Below, one piece after another: positions 48,501 through 55,533 of a DNA stretch of 57,165 nucleotides. The notes beneath the pieces were generated by a model. It saw only the letters and a program-made list of their open reading frames with translations, did no database searches and was not told the DNA's origin. The position numbers were made by a program, and so were the translations under genes. Positions within the stretch are counted from its first letter, which is position 1. Every line of letters begins with the position of its first letter. The DNA comes from a virus (taxonomy: Duplodnaviria > Caudoviricetes): IMG/VR virus record IMGVR_UViG_3300032087_006388, positions 1 to 57,165 of that record; one strand, given 5' to 3'.

Positions 48501-51131
48501 GCACCAACAGTTGGAGCAAGCAATAGATACAATGAAAATGAATATATACAAGATTATACATGGAGTAATGTGTCCGCAGATTTAAGCTCAATAACACTGC
48601 CTGCAAAATCTTCTAATAATGATGGATCAGGCTCTCATTACACAATGAATTACATGGTAAATTTAGGTCAAGGAAATCTAATTCCAGCTGGTGCATTTAA
48701 TTGTTATGGATGTAATGATATGGTTACATTGAAAGATGATCTTTGGGCGAACCCTCCAATACCTTTTGGCCCTAGCAGTTACAGCTTCTCATCGTTTGGT
48801 TTCATGAGAAGGAATGATGGATTTGTATATAGCAATGCATTTGAACAAAGGGTATATTCCAGCGGCAGGAGCTTTACGACAGCGCCTCAATATAATAACA
48901 TTAATACAGGATTGCCTCCGTTTTTTGTAGGAAGATTTCCTGCAAGAAAAATTTCTGAATTGCAAGGGACATCCGTAATTTTTAGATGTGAGTCAGCTAG
49001 TGAAAACGGAAAATTTATACAAAAACCCCTTTCTATTCTAGAGAGAATTCCTTCCAGGAAAAACATGACAGTTTATGGCAGATATGGTGATTTGATGCGG
49101 GGTGGAGACAAAAGTTTATTAGAAAATAATTACAATGATCATAATTTATCAAATTTTTCGGAAAGCTTGATGTTTTTTGCAGACAACCTTTCCAATCCAT
49201 CAGGCAGTGGAATAGGATCTGGACTTAACAAGAAAAACAAAATAGAATATATCGATCTTAGTAAAATGGTAGTCTTTAATGGAGCAAGCAGAATGCTGGG
49301 AGGATTTTTCAATAATTTAATTGTTGATGACCTTGATTTAAGTTCTATAGATTTGACAAACAATTCTATTACTACTCCTTGTATAGAGGGTGCGAAAATA
49401 AAAAACCTTAAGTATTTTACGATCAATGATGACAACTTGTCAGTCGAAACATTACTGGGATCTCGTTTAGACATGACATCCAAACTTGAAGAGCTTCACA
49501 CAAACCTAAATAAACCTTCTTCTTTACCTATAGAAGACAGATATTGGTACAAAATATTAAGACCTCACTTGAGTGGAGATAAAAATTGGGGAGCTGATGC
49601 AAGTCCATATATATATGGTACTACAAATTACCCTGATGGCGTTTCATCATGGCCGCAGCCCGAAATGGGACAACTTTATAAACATAGTACCGATGCTTAT
49701 GGATACATAAACTCATACGGCAATAACATAAGACTCGGTATTGTTAAAATGGATAGTGGTCCGAAAAATTTTTATAATGGAGACTGGAGTGCAGGCGATA
49801 TAGTTTGGATGGGAATGTCAGTTGCAGAAGATATAGATGAAAGCGGAGAGCTTTACATTGAAGGATCAACTCTTCCTGGAGGAAAAATTATTCTAAAAAA
49901 AGCAGGTTCAACAGATGCGGTATCTCATGGAGGACAAACTTATACATATACAGCAATAGCTCCAGAGCTTGAACATAGCATACCTTCATACAATTATAAT
50001 TGGAGTGATTCGAAAAATCGAAGGTTTAGATTTACTAACCAATTTATAAAAATGGATTTTGATTTGCGAGATGATGTACAGCTAAAATGCGATTATACAC
50101 ATTATCAAAACAAGTCATTAACCCAGATTATTAACGAATTGCCTAAAAAGTATTATAAAGATGGAGAATACTATTATGATTTTGAAAAGGCTAGAAAATT
50201 GATGCCCTTTTTGTTATACAGAATGATCTGTACAGATCACTTGCATTCAACAAGGGGATCTCATACATTTGACTCTACTACCGCTCTGGAAGTTGAGGCA
50301 TCAATACTAGGTAGTCAAAAAACAATTAGATCATTTGGTACAATTTGCGCCTCTGAATTTTCCTCTTTAGAAAATTTAGATATGTCTAATGTTAAGGCCA
50401 GATATGCTGGTATTCACAATCTTTCAGTCCATGGAATGAATATCAAAAAGGGCGCTAATTTAGATATTGGTTGGATGAAGCATTTGCCTCAGTTCGGAGG
50501 TAATCCAGCTCATAATAGAAGGTCGGGCAATCCTTTGGTTTTCAATATAGATTGCTATGTCAACTCTCAATCTAAATTTTTAGATTGGATCGAATCTTTT
50601 GAGAAATTAAAAGATAGTGAAATACAAATGCCGTCTTGGTTTATAGGATCCAGAAATGAAAAATATTTAAATGAGTTTTATGATTACTTAAAGAGTACAG
50701 GTGAGTATTCTGCTAATACTGGCGATATGAGCACAACTGTTGCTGGAAGCCCGCCGATAGATTCAGATGCCCTAGGTTCTTTTTCGAATGCTAGATATGC
50801 CAAATCACTTTATTTTCTTTCAGATACGGAAAATGCAGACGATAATCAAATTCCCTTGCCTGATCATTTAAATGTCACAATTAGCAATTATGATTTTGTT
50901 ATTGAGCGAGGAGCGCGGTATAAGTATTCTTTGCTCTTTAATTACGAACCAATTGTTTTGAAATCTTTTATGGATAATAATTCTTGGCCAAATTCTCAAG
51001 ACTACATAAAAGAAGGAAGAAATAAATTAGGACCATTAAGTTCTTATTCAATTGCTAGGCCACACATAAATATTGGTAGAGCAGATCTGGAAAATTATGG
51101 TTATTATAGTAGATTGTGGATGCAAAAATAA
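36510..51131 (+). CDS. 4873-aa giant protein with N-terminal trypsin-like (Nal1-type) protease, probable virion or adhesin protein
   Basis: uninterrupted 14.6-kb ORF; TNGHV/DAALI/GDSGS triad; YCTSHSGMG; DSDFDGYPD; INWGDG. Confidence 0.8.
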   Translation: MNQELKSNQLIKRQQALFDQIIAKYGDQFHSICLDKAQKGSSIENCVVFGLPKKKPLSELKDSEVLPTEIDVPGIGVMKVDVQETRIATLDGNFIDGYLNQEINSSIDQAQEQASLSKNYPHYLLDGFLDPSSGVNYEASIETMGHSEESPTPIENWKYAEVNQTDDGSLLWTQIYTRCASESSRDLSPQNQKNDFIKSGIVISAEGMGGAIGTLGALVVDKDDNSLCALTNGHVVSKNLFVTKKRVGEYSENILGKKVYHGDLVQQNRDAWTEDDQIGIIKKSVPLGIVGTDTSADLFTAEDVSCDAALIAIKASKVNVDSWKLAGDDANALMNQAAKFMDAEDFSFFLEDSMAYNYISDIGGGKKDEPLMVFSGRSSGFHNSHENNNRIRSLGPAYGVKVGYSQGGVTKYLWIRGAFVIADQDWDFRYADHVDGAEGDPQISQGSLFCQNTIMAGDSGSVIYAYTNTFAKNSDGSPHKIAVPQNEAVLNELNRTADANGKWTKTLTEVMEDLGINSVVSHIYYDFGPHIAQKLDTSLLSEDNVLKALQGQTLDPNGDNGTEKRWRMAGQAFAAEIVTQDIINEEGESETIQYSTRGFCQPMHRIADLLNIKEWDGGLDNINYNIREDNSYTESLVFSKGQSDVYNISLNEKNYYQAGGITKAEGREYTAAIEAKTNLTKSNYPFDETMPPLSEWMTFDSFDIEVAEGGSVQSGLNNPRKYPIWLKLNNLSIDLSKLPEEVLRMPTGAMHMDAVLMDANAVFNVEDWYTDTKLSGMPDQGLFYHQENSTTKAYASWRIFSRAGEIASKDTVKKSYPLYLKEFDGKTKFKGYQIKFPLGGGIGYDFDLDQTSQTYSFNKEKTELSAYFEYLPWTVSGNSISFNATPNDIESWLGTKSLKLVFVLWKNDTFDVGNSTRIGRSVNFSRQTQSYLIQTTAIADDITSADVVSYTPGIQESDDKLSRYESLDQAQRKLRILFDSDHLGGPNPHKGIKDSNGLSVGNKFKCQQIKLSQSASKYTYKFETTAIATKGFQELMPGAVLTIDWSDAPDHPVGISTTPDGTHGGGDLYSEVEIDLATKTTKCYFKMADTLGGEYYVPDSAAPGLKEFRTTTKLDFYVYCTSHSGMGFPLQFIDIRDDHKELYINSWLPKKIFLPINHVGPGGATILWNSLDRTSDVLPVVNLEGNTKFSARQMYWTATELTGASTYNGWRHPYNPWRDDWTLESSDANLAKCLNYGDCEDLQQAQRTTYVDEAEIGTDDAYSNQEKFNLHGQGWEMNDKVNDLTYSLDNQWIILEENQVQRGDVFEVVVLGDVRSFGLHEDWFNENNELKSFSRNKDKWAKKYLAAYKSSFSFGIKNISYPSWIDCKWYHTFDGSSLDTISGLNKPISNPSVMVNTFSNLVNVLDHTSFNLAFSDFSNAQIMEQIFANSRISSDLQKIVFDSNYQITNGIAENLAELAERSGCQLEIKQANLAKYNARFNEFAIVERALDPADTTVVFAESLVDFAVGVEIKFLRDRTFGNGDTITAGTVIEISGYTEGNLNFQINYLDVIRDISTSELDDLYEFVNGDKPVLYFNGGSLPSVDLQQRLLAAGVVAHIGRSSSLGKIKDLTKYFAGKSVNGQDLNYLIGLINQRGIDPNANFTKFCYNANISNADFSSITLESPDFTKMFQGSIISGLKLPTVLNGAYSVKDMFESSTITGTLDLDAIVDVGTESVESCFYNTTTSTSIDITSWKFSEIKLFEYMDEFILNSYLHDFKVSQTSQSIILNSADFWFRSLNITDVRKVGRSEYRTYEDTSNGVYIPYEDDTEWNNFNRIGVEPGEEDFSDPDWTWKPVGKIKNSWFEMDHSPDYSTWSWRNDGGQDLYDGDGQWYNGKFLTNLTFDDVTTDYDSAIRGFGRFDFEVDEVEWNHLNGSPTNTFATRSAHLRLNWETNNFEIVNGYRDILTIISDAGNYTGGINGNFSATPDLFPSGKGVQKYITQTNGLEVFTSHIKLELTLDVYRLHFFVHLGKYYNSESKLFSYDKYKGVNGKFPMVHFYFEKQVNDFTESEKSEIYNYIETLNIKDYAVSPTNPRYNITNKKYANESPFLFGPKIADKYLTISEQYSNTGGTGTPARFYSKNVSFGEGGSGDVEVLDVRAKFYPYNLLSENKLTENNELHIPVPFVEYNSWNHGTQNSYAYPLMLRWGGVEEDVHLRFLGSYIQSMGNHPMYDLSIRNKNVKSEPAQIYVIADGTEVLGETYYITNGSSVQAIELEEQNILILVLGIEILDVNSIESNQITQRLEAWVDSMITINQPYPDMDPSYYVIDYSGLETALQDAVSSTNNFEVFIPGWTVDPQQVFLTLFYPRWNTDFNKGTSALSSLSLYKDADRTIPANSDGGYVYAGNGQHLLNLYYKWSYSYDTQDFLRPGSLIVLDPSETDITYTTNTTNNSTTTITPSNICMVVKVDKNNIYFVKTGDTVNVSNDSINYGVHDNNDFSGFAFRAPNIGMSPTVDLIVTGGTTEEPTYAKHSEYPSLSKSLRNTTFHKITPRIMHTDQSWTSVTNNDWEENKVYFTAQKTNGETLDGTIILHPIREGEDEGKLIDQYPIGETEKLFGVKGTYAIYIDSNDFQDTNFYKAELESEYESVLDIPTIDSSKYDEYPVPKSNLGHYKGAVGSKWVILNYDPLEDGFTKIRGKYTNGNNEVLSTAPFQKFNHIIGLVPNGEYNNPYDPGKDSLRDSLDSDFDGYPDIIDPAPFDQSIPGNTIITVEYHDATEYQNAYASFGLGSHKGDFGSSGRLSSDVQTINMFNDDPSNITQLYNWNAGANQVTIALVAGDVEIEDDWQNHDLPVTYPWTSPTYTQTHDGFGIPDGVLINWGDGQVTSAHVNNADSYVEETKELLGYSQNFYSGSVPQDQWKNLEPGTYRIYFFKHTYLDAGDKTVNITGPLKHFTIMADDIGQMGVDERDRSRNLGLVSKSLLSNSEYLNWTESNFRIKGFSVVGGADTFTLGSPFYSLFPRDFFDDDRDEVIEAHIDGISWIKEPILYQHARPSAWTLPSDITFRSYVWETNWGENSQEGVSNDYIDQTWHANNYKFSSYFINDLGVPAGLNNNQWTQGFYEGEFFWSSFSSPITPLGIMTSLLSTYPYGSESDRYSNSDLQSIWVKNPNHLPQSDFFDWDETSPVVAGDMIGCLGQELSLTPQILIDNISDNNEEFLEKIKDAVGSGNTHNLETEFGYLYYEMHIDRNNKAPDGIIRDDTGQIADTMTAYGVYQSRVHQPPTETDFIDFDGTQTDGTYLAYGDWQFTGNMQYEYDVRGSTKTLKSADHKNDRFRVLWLPSIGDQEKITVTLTGDGTSTVATLFIAAAASQVYQNSNIQSTVPSEISGHNPLFNVPIIYSEIILPSGWTWELELKIDLYLNEKHMFKTRKLINGNHVETKTCPSETWLVVERNDTEITVVPNNLKSIFNREQDELLNDSLHQRVMTQIDGANSTGFIGKDLYYDVLLDHEKASNADYGHATDGSLVLNHDISSLPLVKLLGSNNHTDFRQWNRNSSNPISSFVSSNDSPVLLNNVHYLEATGTALTNSYGQTRTTVTRDSELAVLAWNKLNANGNVPSSISYTFEDIGYANSTTYQAGEHPLNEKFEGLIRNDLNLGKKIIKYHNYGNPHTGFGVFFNHTRKEIVDWSWGSYSAQNKHIDGTTGHISPLMFSDVGMFEPVLTSYHTGGLRNRFVPNSRVYNEIQNPFFNPSALLKEQNILKRVEIAVPSFSWTDPESEWAEPSASLKFLDVIDRYKGGEEGVMKLLEDSQLAGVFNGDGHYATSRFGSTHQFRFKDLIKSESIQNKPQLIKITTIQEGGSYGRSQLAMPVGLIEGGSKIVLGLITQDTGNSLYFYDSVQGSYHLYNSLNSLTPKVSHRNWLVYHSMYYNRIEGIAAFAVFNVSDRGTVWDVYKEDLYEWNLKYTNSKNPLKLKLKFSERGSFWEKTKPKHHDPDIVNTNQTRKYFGLDCSQPMKVLAPTVGASNRYNENEYIQDYTWSNVSADLSSITLPAKSSNNDGSGSHYTMNYMVNLGQGNLIPAGAFNCYGCNDMVTLKDDLWANPPIPFGPSSYSFSSFGFMRRNDGFVYSNAFEQRVYSSGRSFTTAPQYNNINTGLPPFFVGRFPARKISELQGTSVIFRCESASENGKFIQKPLSILERIPSRKNMTVYGRYGDLMRGGDKSLLENNYNDHNLSNFSESLMFFADNLSNPSGSGIGSGLNKKNKIEYIDLSKMVVFNGASRMLGGFFNNLIVDDLDLSSIDLTNNSITTPCIEGAKIKNLKYFTINDDNLSVETLLGSRLDMTSKLEELHTNLNKPSSLPIEDRYWYKILRPHLSGDKNWGADASPYIYGTTNYPDGVSSWPQPEMGQLYKHSTDAYGYINSYGNNIRLGIVKMDSGPKNFYNGDWSAGDIVWMGMSVAEDIDESGELYIEGSTLPGGKIILKKAGSTDAVSHGGQTYTYTAIAPELEHSIPSYNYNWSDSKNRRFRFTNQFIKMDFDLRDDVQLKCDYTHYQNKSLTQIINELPKKYYKDGEYYYDFEKARKLMPFLLYRMICTDHLHSTRGSHTFDSTTALEVEASILGSQKTIRSFGTICASEFSSLENLDMSNVKARYAGIHNLSVHGMNIKKGANLDIGWMKHLPQFGGNPAHNRRSGNPLVFNIDCYVNSQSKFLDWIESFEKLKDSEIQMPSWFIGSRNEKYLNEFYDYLKSTGEYSANTGDMSTTVAGSPPIDSDALGSFSNARYAKSLYFLSDTENADDNQIPLPDHLNVTISNYDFVIERGARYKYSLLFNYEPIVLKSFMDNNSWPNSQDYIKEGRNKLGPLSSYSIARPHINIGRADLENYGYYSRLWMQK

Positions 51132-51187
51132 AAGTAAAGTATAAAGTTAACTTTTAGACTTTTATAATTTGCCGTGTATAATATTAC

Positions 51188-53200
51188 ATGGGAGAAAAAA
51201 GAAAATACATCAAGAAGTCTAATTATTGGTCTAAATTCAAAGATAAACCTATTGAAAAATCTATAGCAAATACTGTGGAGCCAGTGAGTGCTGGAGATAC
51301 ATACTATGTTTCTTCTGCGGCTTGCTATACAGGGGGACAATCGGGGTCTACGCGTGGAAGATCATCGCATAATCCATCAAGAGTAAAAAACAACAAATAT
51401 ACCAACATAAGAGAGGGTATGCTTCCATATACAACTTCAAGAGATGGGGTTGACGTAAGAGATGCAATAGAACTTTGTCAAAAAGCATATGCAAATGTTC
51501 CTATATTTAGGAACGCAATAGATATTATGGCGGAGCTGGCAAATTCTCCAATTTATGTAGAAGGAGGAAATGAAGCTGCTAGAAATTTTGTGGAAAAATG
51601 GTTTTCTAAAATTAATCTATGGGCATTAAAAGATCAGTATTTTAGAGAGTACTATAGGAGCGGAAACGTATTTCTTTATAGATTGGACGGGAAATTTACA
51701 ACCGAAGATTTTATTAAATTAAATAAAATATATGGATCTACGAATTTAATTAAACCTAATCATATACCAGTTAGATATGTTTTACTTAATCCTTATGATA
51801 TAATCGCAACACGCAGCACATCTTTTAAAACAAATTCTTACAAGAAAATACTTTCTGAATATGAACTAGAAAGACTTCAAACTCCCAAAACAGAAGAAGA
51901 TAAAGAAATATTTAATAGTTTGCCTGAGGAAGTCAAAAAAAGAATAAAAGAAGGTGGTTGGGCACAGCAAGGAATTAATGTAGATTTAGATCCAGCAAAA
52001 TTAAGCCATTCTTTTTATAAGAAGCAAGATTACGAACCATTTGCAATACCTTTTGGATTTCCTGTGCTTGATGATATAAATTGGAAAATAGAATTAAAAA
52101 AGGTTGACCAAGCAATCAGCAGAACCATAGAGAATGTTATTCTTTTAATAACAATGGGTAATGATCCAGATAAAGGAGGAATCAATCCAAATAATTTAAA
52201 TGCCATGCAATCTCTATTTCAGAACGAAAGTGTGGGAAGAGTTTTAGTTGCAGATTACACAACCAAAGCAGAATTTATTTTACCTGACATAAGCAAGATT
52301 ATTGGCCCGCAAAAATATGAAATTGTAAATGAAGATATTCGTCAAGGATTGCAAAATGTCATAGTTGGGGATGAAAAATACAAAAACACCCAAGTTAAAG
52401 CAGAAATTTTTCTAGAAAGATTAAAAGAAGCGAGACAATCATTTGTTCATAATTTTTTACAGCCTCAAATTAAATTAGTTTGCCAGCATATGGGATTTAA
52501 GTCTTATCCGACTGCAAAATTTGAGGAAATTGACATCAAGGACGAAGTTCAATTACAGCGGGTTGTAACTAGATTAATAGAGATGGGGATCTTAACTCCA
52601 GAGCAAGGAATAAATGCGATTAAAACTGGAATATATCCAAGAGCTGAAGATATTGAACCTGCACAAGAAAGATATCTTGAAAAAAGAAAAGAAGGAATGT
52701 ACAATCCATTAGTTGGCGGACTTCCAATGATTGATGTTGATGGAGATGGAACTGTCGACACCGCTGGCCCAAGTCAAGATGAAACGCCAAATAGCAATAA
52801 AACTCCAACAAAAAAGAGTGGGGGTAGACCAGTCGGGAGACCGAAGGGAACTACTGGAATTCCTCGCAGCGTTAATGCTAAAGAAATATATTCAAGAAAA
52901 GATATTCAAAACATTGTTTACAAGATAGAAGAATTGAAAAGCTATATCGATGCATCTTTAATAGAAAAATACAAAGTTAAACAATTAAATGATGATCAAA
53001 AAGATTTGAGTCAAAATTTATGTACATCCATTGTTTTATCTAAAGAAAAGAATATGTGGAAAAGAACTGCAACCAGCTGTTTAAAGAATTTTGAAAACAT
53101 AGAAAAGCTTTCTTTTATTAGTGATATTGTGGAAATATCTGAAGACCATCAACTTGAGACTTATCCAGCCGCATTGCTATATCATAGTAAAAATAAGTAA
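51188..53200 (+). CDS. portal protein
   Basis: 670 aa first gene of head module; YANVPIFRNAID, EYYRSGNVF, LLNP portal-like motifs. Confidence 0.8.
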   Translation: MGEKRKYIKKSNYWSKFKDKPIEKSIANTVEPVSAGDTYYVSSAACYTGGQSGSTRGRSSHNPSRVKNNKYTNIREGMLPYTTSRDGVDVRDAIELCQKAYANVPIFRNAIDIMAELANSPIYVEGGNEAARNFVEKWFSKINLWALKDQYFREYYRSGNVFLYRLDGKFTTEDFIKLNKIYGSTNLIKPNHIPVRYVLLNPYDIIATRSTSFKTNSYKKILSEYELERLQTPKTEEDKEIFNSLPEEVKKRIKEGGWAQQGINVDLDPAKLSHSFYKKQDYEPFAIPFGFPVLDDINWKIELKKVDQAISRTIENVILLITMGNDPDKGGINPNNLNAMQSLFQNESVGRVLVADYTTKAEFILPDISKIIGPQKYEIVNEDIRQGLQNVIVGDEKYKNTQVKAEIFLERLKEARQSFVHNFLQPQIKLVCQHMGFKSYPTAKFEEIDIKDEVQLQRVVTRLIEMGILTPEQGINAIKTGIYPRAEDIEPAQERYLEKRKEGMYNPLVGGLPMIDVDGDGTVDTAGPSQDETPNSNKTPTKKSGGRPVGRPKGTTGIPRSVNAKEIYSRKDIQNIVYKIEELKSYIDASLIEKYKVKQLNDDQKDLSQNLCTSIVLSKEKNMWKRTATSCLKNFENIEKLSFISDIVEISEDHQLETYPAALLYHSKNK

Positions 53201-53229
53201 TTAAGTTTTTTTTGTGTATATAATATAAT

Positions 53230-54861
53230 ATGCGCAAGCCATTTAAATATACAACATCGTTTGATAGCGAAATAGTAGCGTCAGATGAAAACATAAAAGA
53301 GTCTCCTCAGATTCTGCAGGCATCATTAGATTCATTAAAAAGTTTAATGCCTGCTGATATTGACTTAGAGGCTAATATTGATTTGCTTGCTGTAGCATTT
53401 AACGCCGCAGTAGTCAATGTTTTTAATAGAAATCATGATGGTATAAATACAGATGTGGCGAAAGCAGTATACAAATACTTTTTACATAAGCCAACTAATA
53501 TAGAACACAAAAAAGAAAAAGTAGTTGGGCATATTGTATCTTCTGGTCTTTCTTCTTTTGGTGATAATAAATTAATTTCAGAAGAGGCAATTGGAGGAGA
53601 GTATGATCCATTTAATATAGCGTTATCCGCCGTTATATATAAAACTGTAAATAAAGATTTCGCTAATTTAGTAGAAAGATCTTTAAATAAAGAAGATTCA
53701 TTATTTAACGCAATATCCGCAAGCTGGGAAATTGGATTTAATGATTTTGTTATTGCAGTGGGAAGCAAGAACCTAAAAGAGGCTGAAATTATATCTGACC
53801 CAAAACACATAGAAGAATTCAAGGGATACTTAAAAGCTTTTGACGGAGAAGGGTTGATGGATGACGGAACCGAAATATACCGCTTGGTTTCTGGGGATGT
53901 ATATCCTCTGGGAATCGGATTTACTACCAATCCAGCAGCTAATGTAAAGGGATTAGTACAGTTAGAAAATAAAAAAAAAGAGGAAGAAGTTGTTGAGGCC
54001 GAACATGAAGAACCAGAAAAAATAGAGATCGATTTGAGTAATTTTTTAAAAAAAATAATAAAAAGTAAAAAAAATTTTTCACATAACACAAAAGAAACTG
54101 TAATTTCAAACAAAGATAATTTTAATTCAGACATTAATACAATGGAAATGAAAGACCTAATCAAAGAACTAAAAGAAACCATTCAGGCTTCTACTTCTGA
54201 TAAATTTTCGGAAGAAGCTGTCGCGAATGTAATTAAAGTAGTAACTGAAGCCATCAAGGATCGCAGTGAATCTTATGTTGCTGAGCGCGCAGAAATCGAA
54301 AAACAAAAAGAAGAATTGGCTCAAGCCAAAACTGAAGCTGAAGAAAAAGTTAAACAAATGGAAGAGCAACTTGCTTCCACTCAAGAGAAACTCACTCAAA
54401 TCGAGTCAGAACAACAAGCCGCTAAGGCATCTCAGTTGTTTAATGATCGAATGGATTCGCTTGATTCAGAATACGAATTATCAGACGAAGATCGTAAGAT
54501 CATCGCTTCTGACATAAAAGATCTTGATGATTCTGAAGAAGGTTTTGCTTCTTATCAAGAGAGAATGGCTGTTGTATATAGCCACAAGAGCAAAAAGTTC
54601 CTCGAAGAGCAAGAAAAACAATTTAACGAAAAAGTAGAAGCTGCTGTACAGGAAAAGATTTCTAAAATGTCTTCATCTGAGGCCTCTACTGAAGAAGTTA
54701 CCGAAGAAGTTGTCGAAGAAAGCGTAGAAGAAGTTCTTGACAGCGTTGAAGCTTCGGAAGATATTTCCTCGAACAACGGTGAGTCGACGGAAAAAGAACT
54801 TACGCTGGCGGAAAAGTTCCAACAAGCGTTTTCAAAAGAATCTATAACAATTAAATATTAA
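53230..54861 (+). CDS. prohead protease / scaffold fusion
   Basis: NRNHD, PTNIEH..VVGH, ISASWE, GFTTNPAA protease-like N-terminus; acidic coiled-coil C-terminus. Confidence 0.75.
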   Translation: MRKPFKYTTSFDSEIVASDENIKESPQILQASLDSLKSLMPADIDLEANIDLLAVAFNAAVVNVFNRNHDGINTDVAKAVYKYFLHKPTNIEHKKEKVVGHIVSSGLSSFGDNKLISEEAIGGEYDPFNIALSAVIYKTVNKDFANLVERSLNKEDSLFNAISASWEIGFNDFVIAVGSKNLKEAEIISDPKHIEEFKGYLKAFDGEGLMDDGTEIYRLVSGDVYPLGIGFTTNPAANVKGLVQLENKKKEEEVVEAEHEEPEKIEIDLSNFLKKIIKSKKNFSHNTKETVISNKDNFNSDINTMEMKDLIKELKETIQASTSDKFSEEAVANVIKVVTEAIKDRSESYVAERAEIEKQKEELAQAKTEAEEKVKQMEEQLASTQEKLTQIESEQQAAKASQLFNDRMDSLDSEYELSDEDRKIIASDIKDLDDSEEGFASYQERMAVVYSHKSKKFLEEQEKQFNEKVEAAVQEKISKMSSSEASTEEVTEEVVEESVEEVLDSVEASEDISSNNGESTEKELTLAEKFQQAFSKESITIKY

Positions 54862-54867
54862 TACATC

Positions 54868-55500
54868 ATGGCACACAGATTATTACCATTCAGACAGTAT
54901 GACGAAAACGATGTTGTAAATCTTTTTGCGCTGGACATTTCTAGTATCTCAGATTTTCAAACAAAGTTGCCATCATCTGACGGCATTAACGCAGACGGAG
55001 TTCTGGTAAAAGTTTCCAATGGAGACGGTACTGGAGGAGACGTTAACGATTACGGAACAGAAAATGGCGACATTTTCGCTACTTATAGTTCCCCTATCGG
55101 ACGCAACCCTTATCCATTCAATCCATTGCGAGTACAACCAGCAGCTGCTGGAGACACAGCAGCTATTGGACTTACATTGAACCAAACTCTTCACGTTGAC
55201 GAAAACGGAGAAAAACTTCTTTTCAATCCTGTAAAGAAAGATGAGCTTCAAGCAGTTCTTTCTGGTCAAACAGTACCTGTTCTTTCCAAAGGGATAGTTA
55301 CATTAAGCGAGGTAGCATTTGAGGTAGCACCAACAACTGCTGGAGATGGACTTTATCCTGGCGCTGAAGGAAAACTAACCACAGTTGACGGTGGTGGATC
55401 AAAAGTAGCAACAGTATTGAGTTCTGGAACTCGTACATCTTCTGCAGTTGGAACCGACAGCTTGGCTGGAAACTACTTTGTAATCAAGCTCGATTGCTAA
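54868..55500 (+). CDS. putative capsid decoration/cement protein
   Basis: 210 aa Gly-rich beta protein between scaffold and capsid genes. Confidence 0.6.
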   Translation: MAHRLLPFRQYDENDVVNLFALDISSISDFQTKLPSSDGINADGVLVKVSNGDGTGGDVNDYGTENGDIFATYSSPIGRNPYPFNPLRVQPAAAGDTAAIGLTLNQTLHVDENGEKLLFNPVKKDELQAVLSGQTVPVLSKGIVTLSEVAFEVAPTTAGDGLYPGAEGKLTTVDGGGSKVATVLSSGTRTSSAVGTDSLAGNYFVIKLDC

Positions 55501-55533
55501 ACGATAACAATTTAACAAAAAAAAGGTTAAACA

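Noticed and set aside
36510-51131. Giant ORF as tape-measure protein or intein-containing gene
   Set aside because: beta-rich aromatic composition without helical repeats; no intein splice motifs or LAGLIDADG noticed
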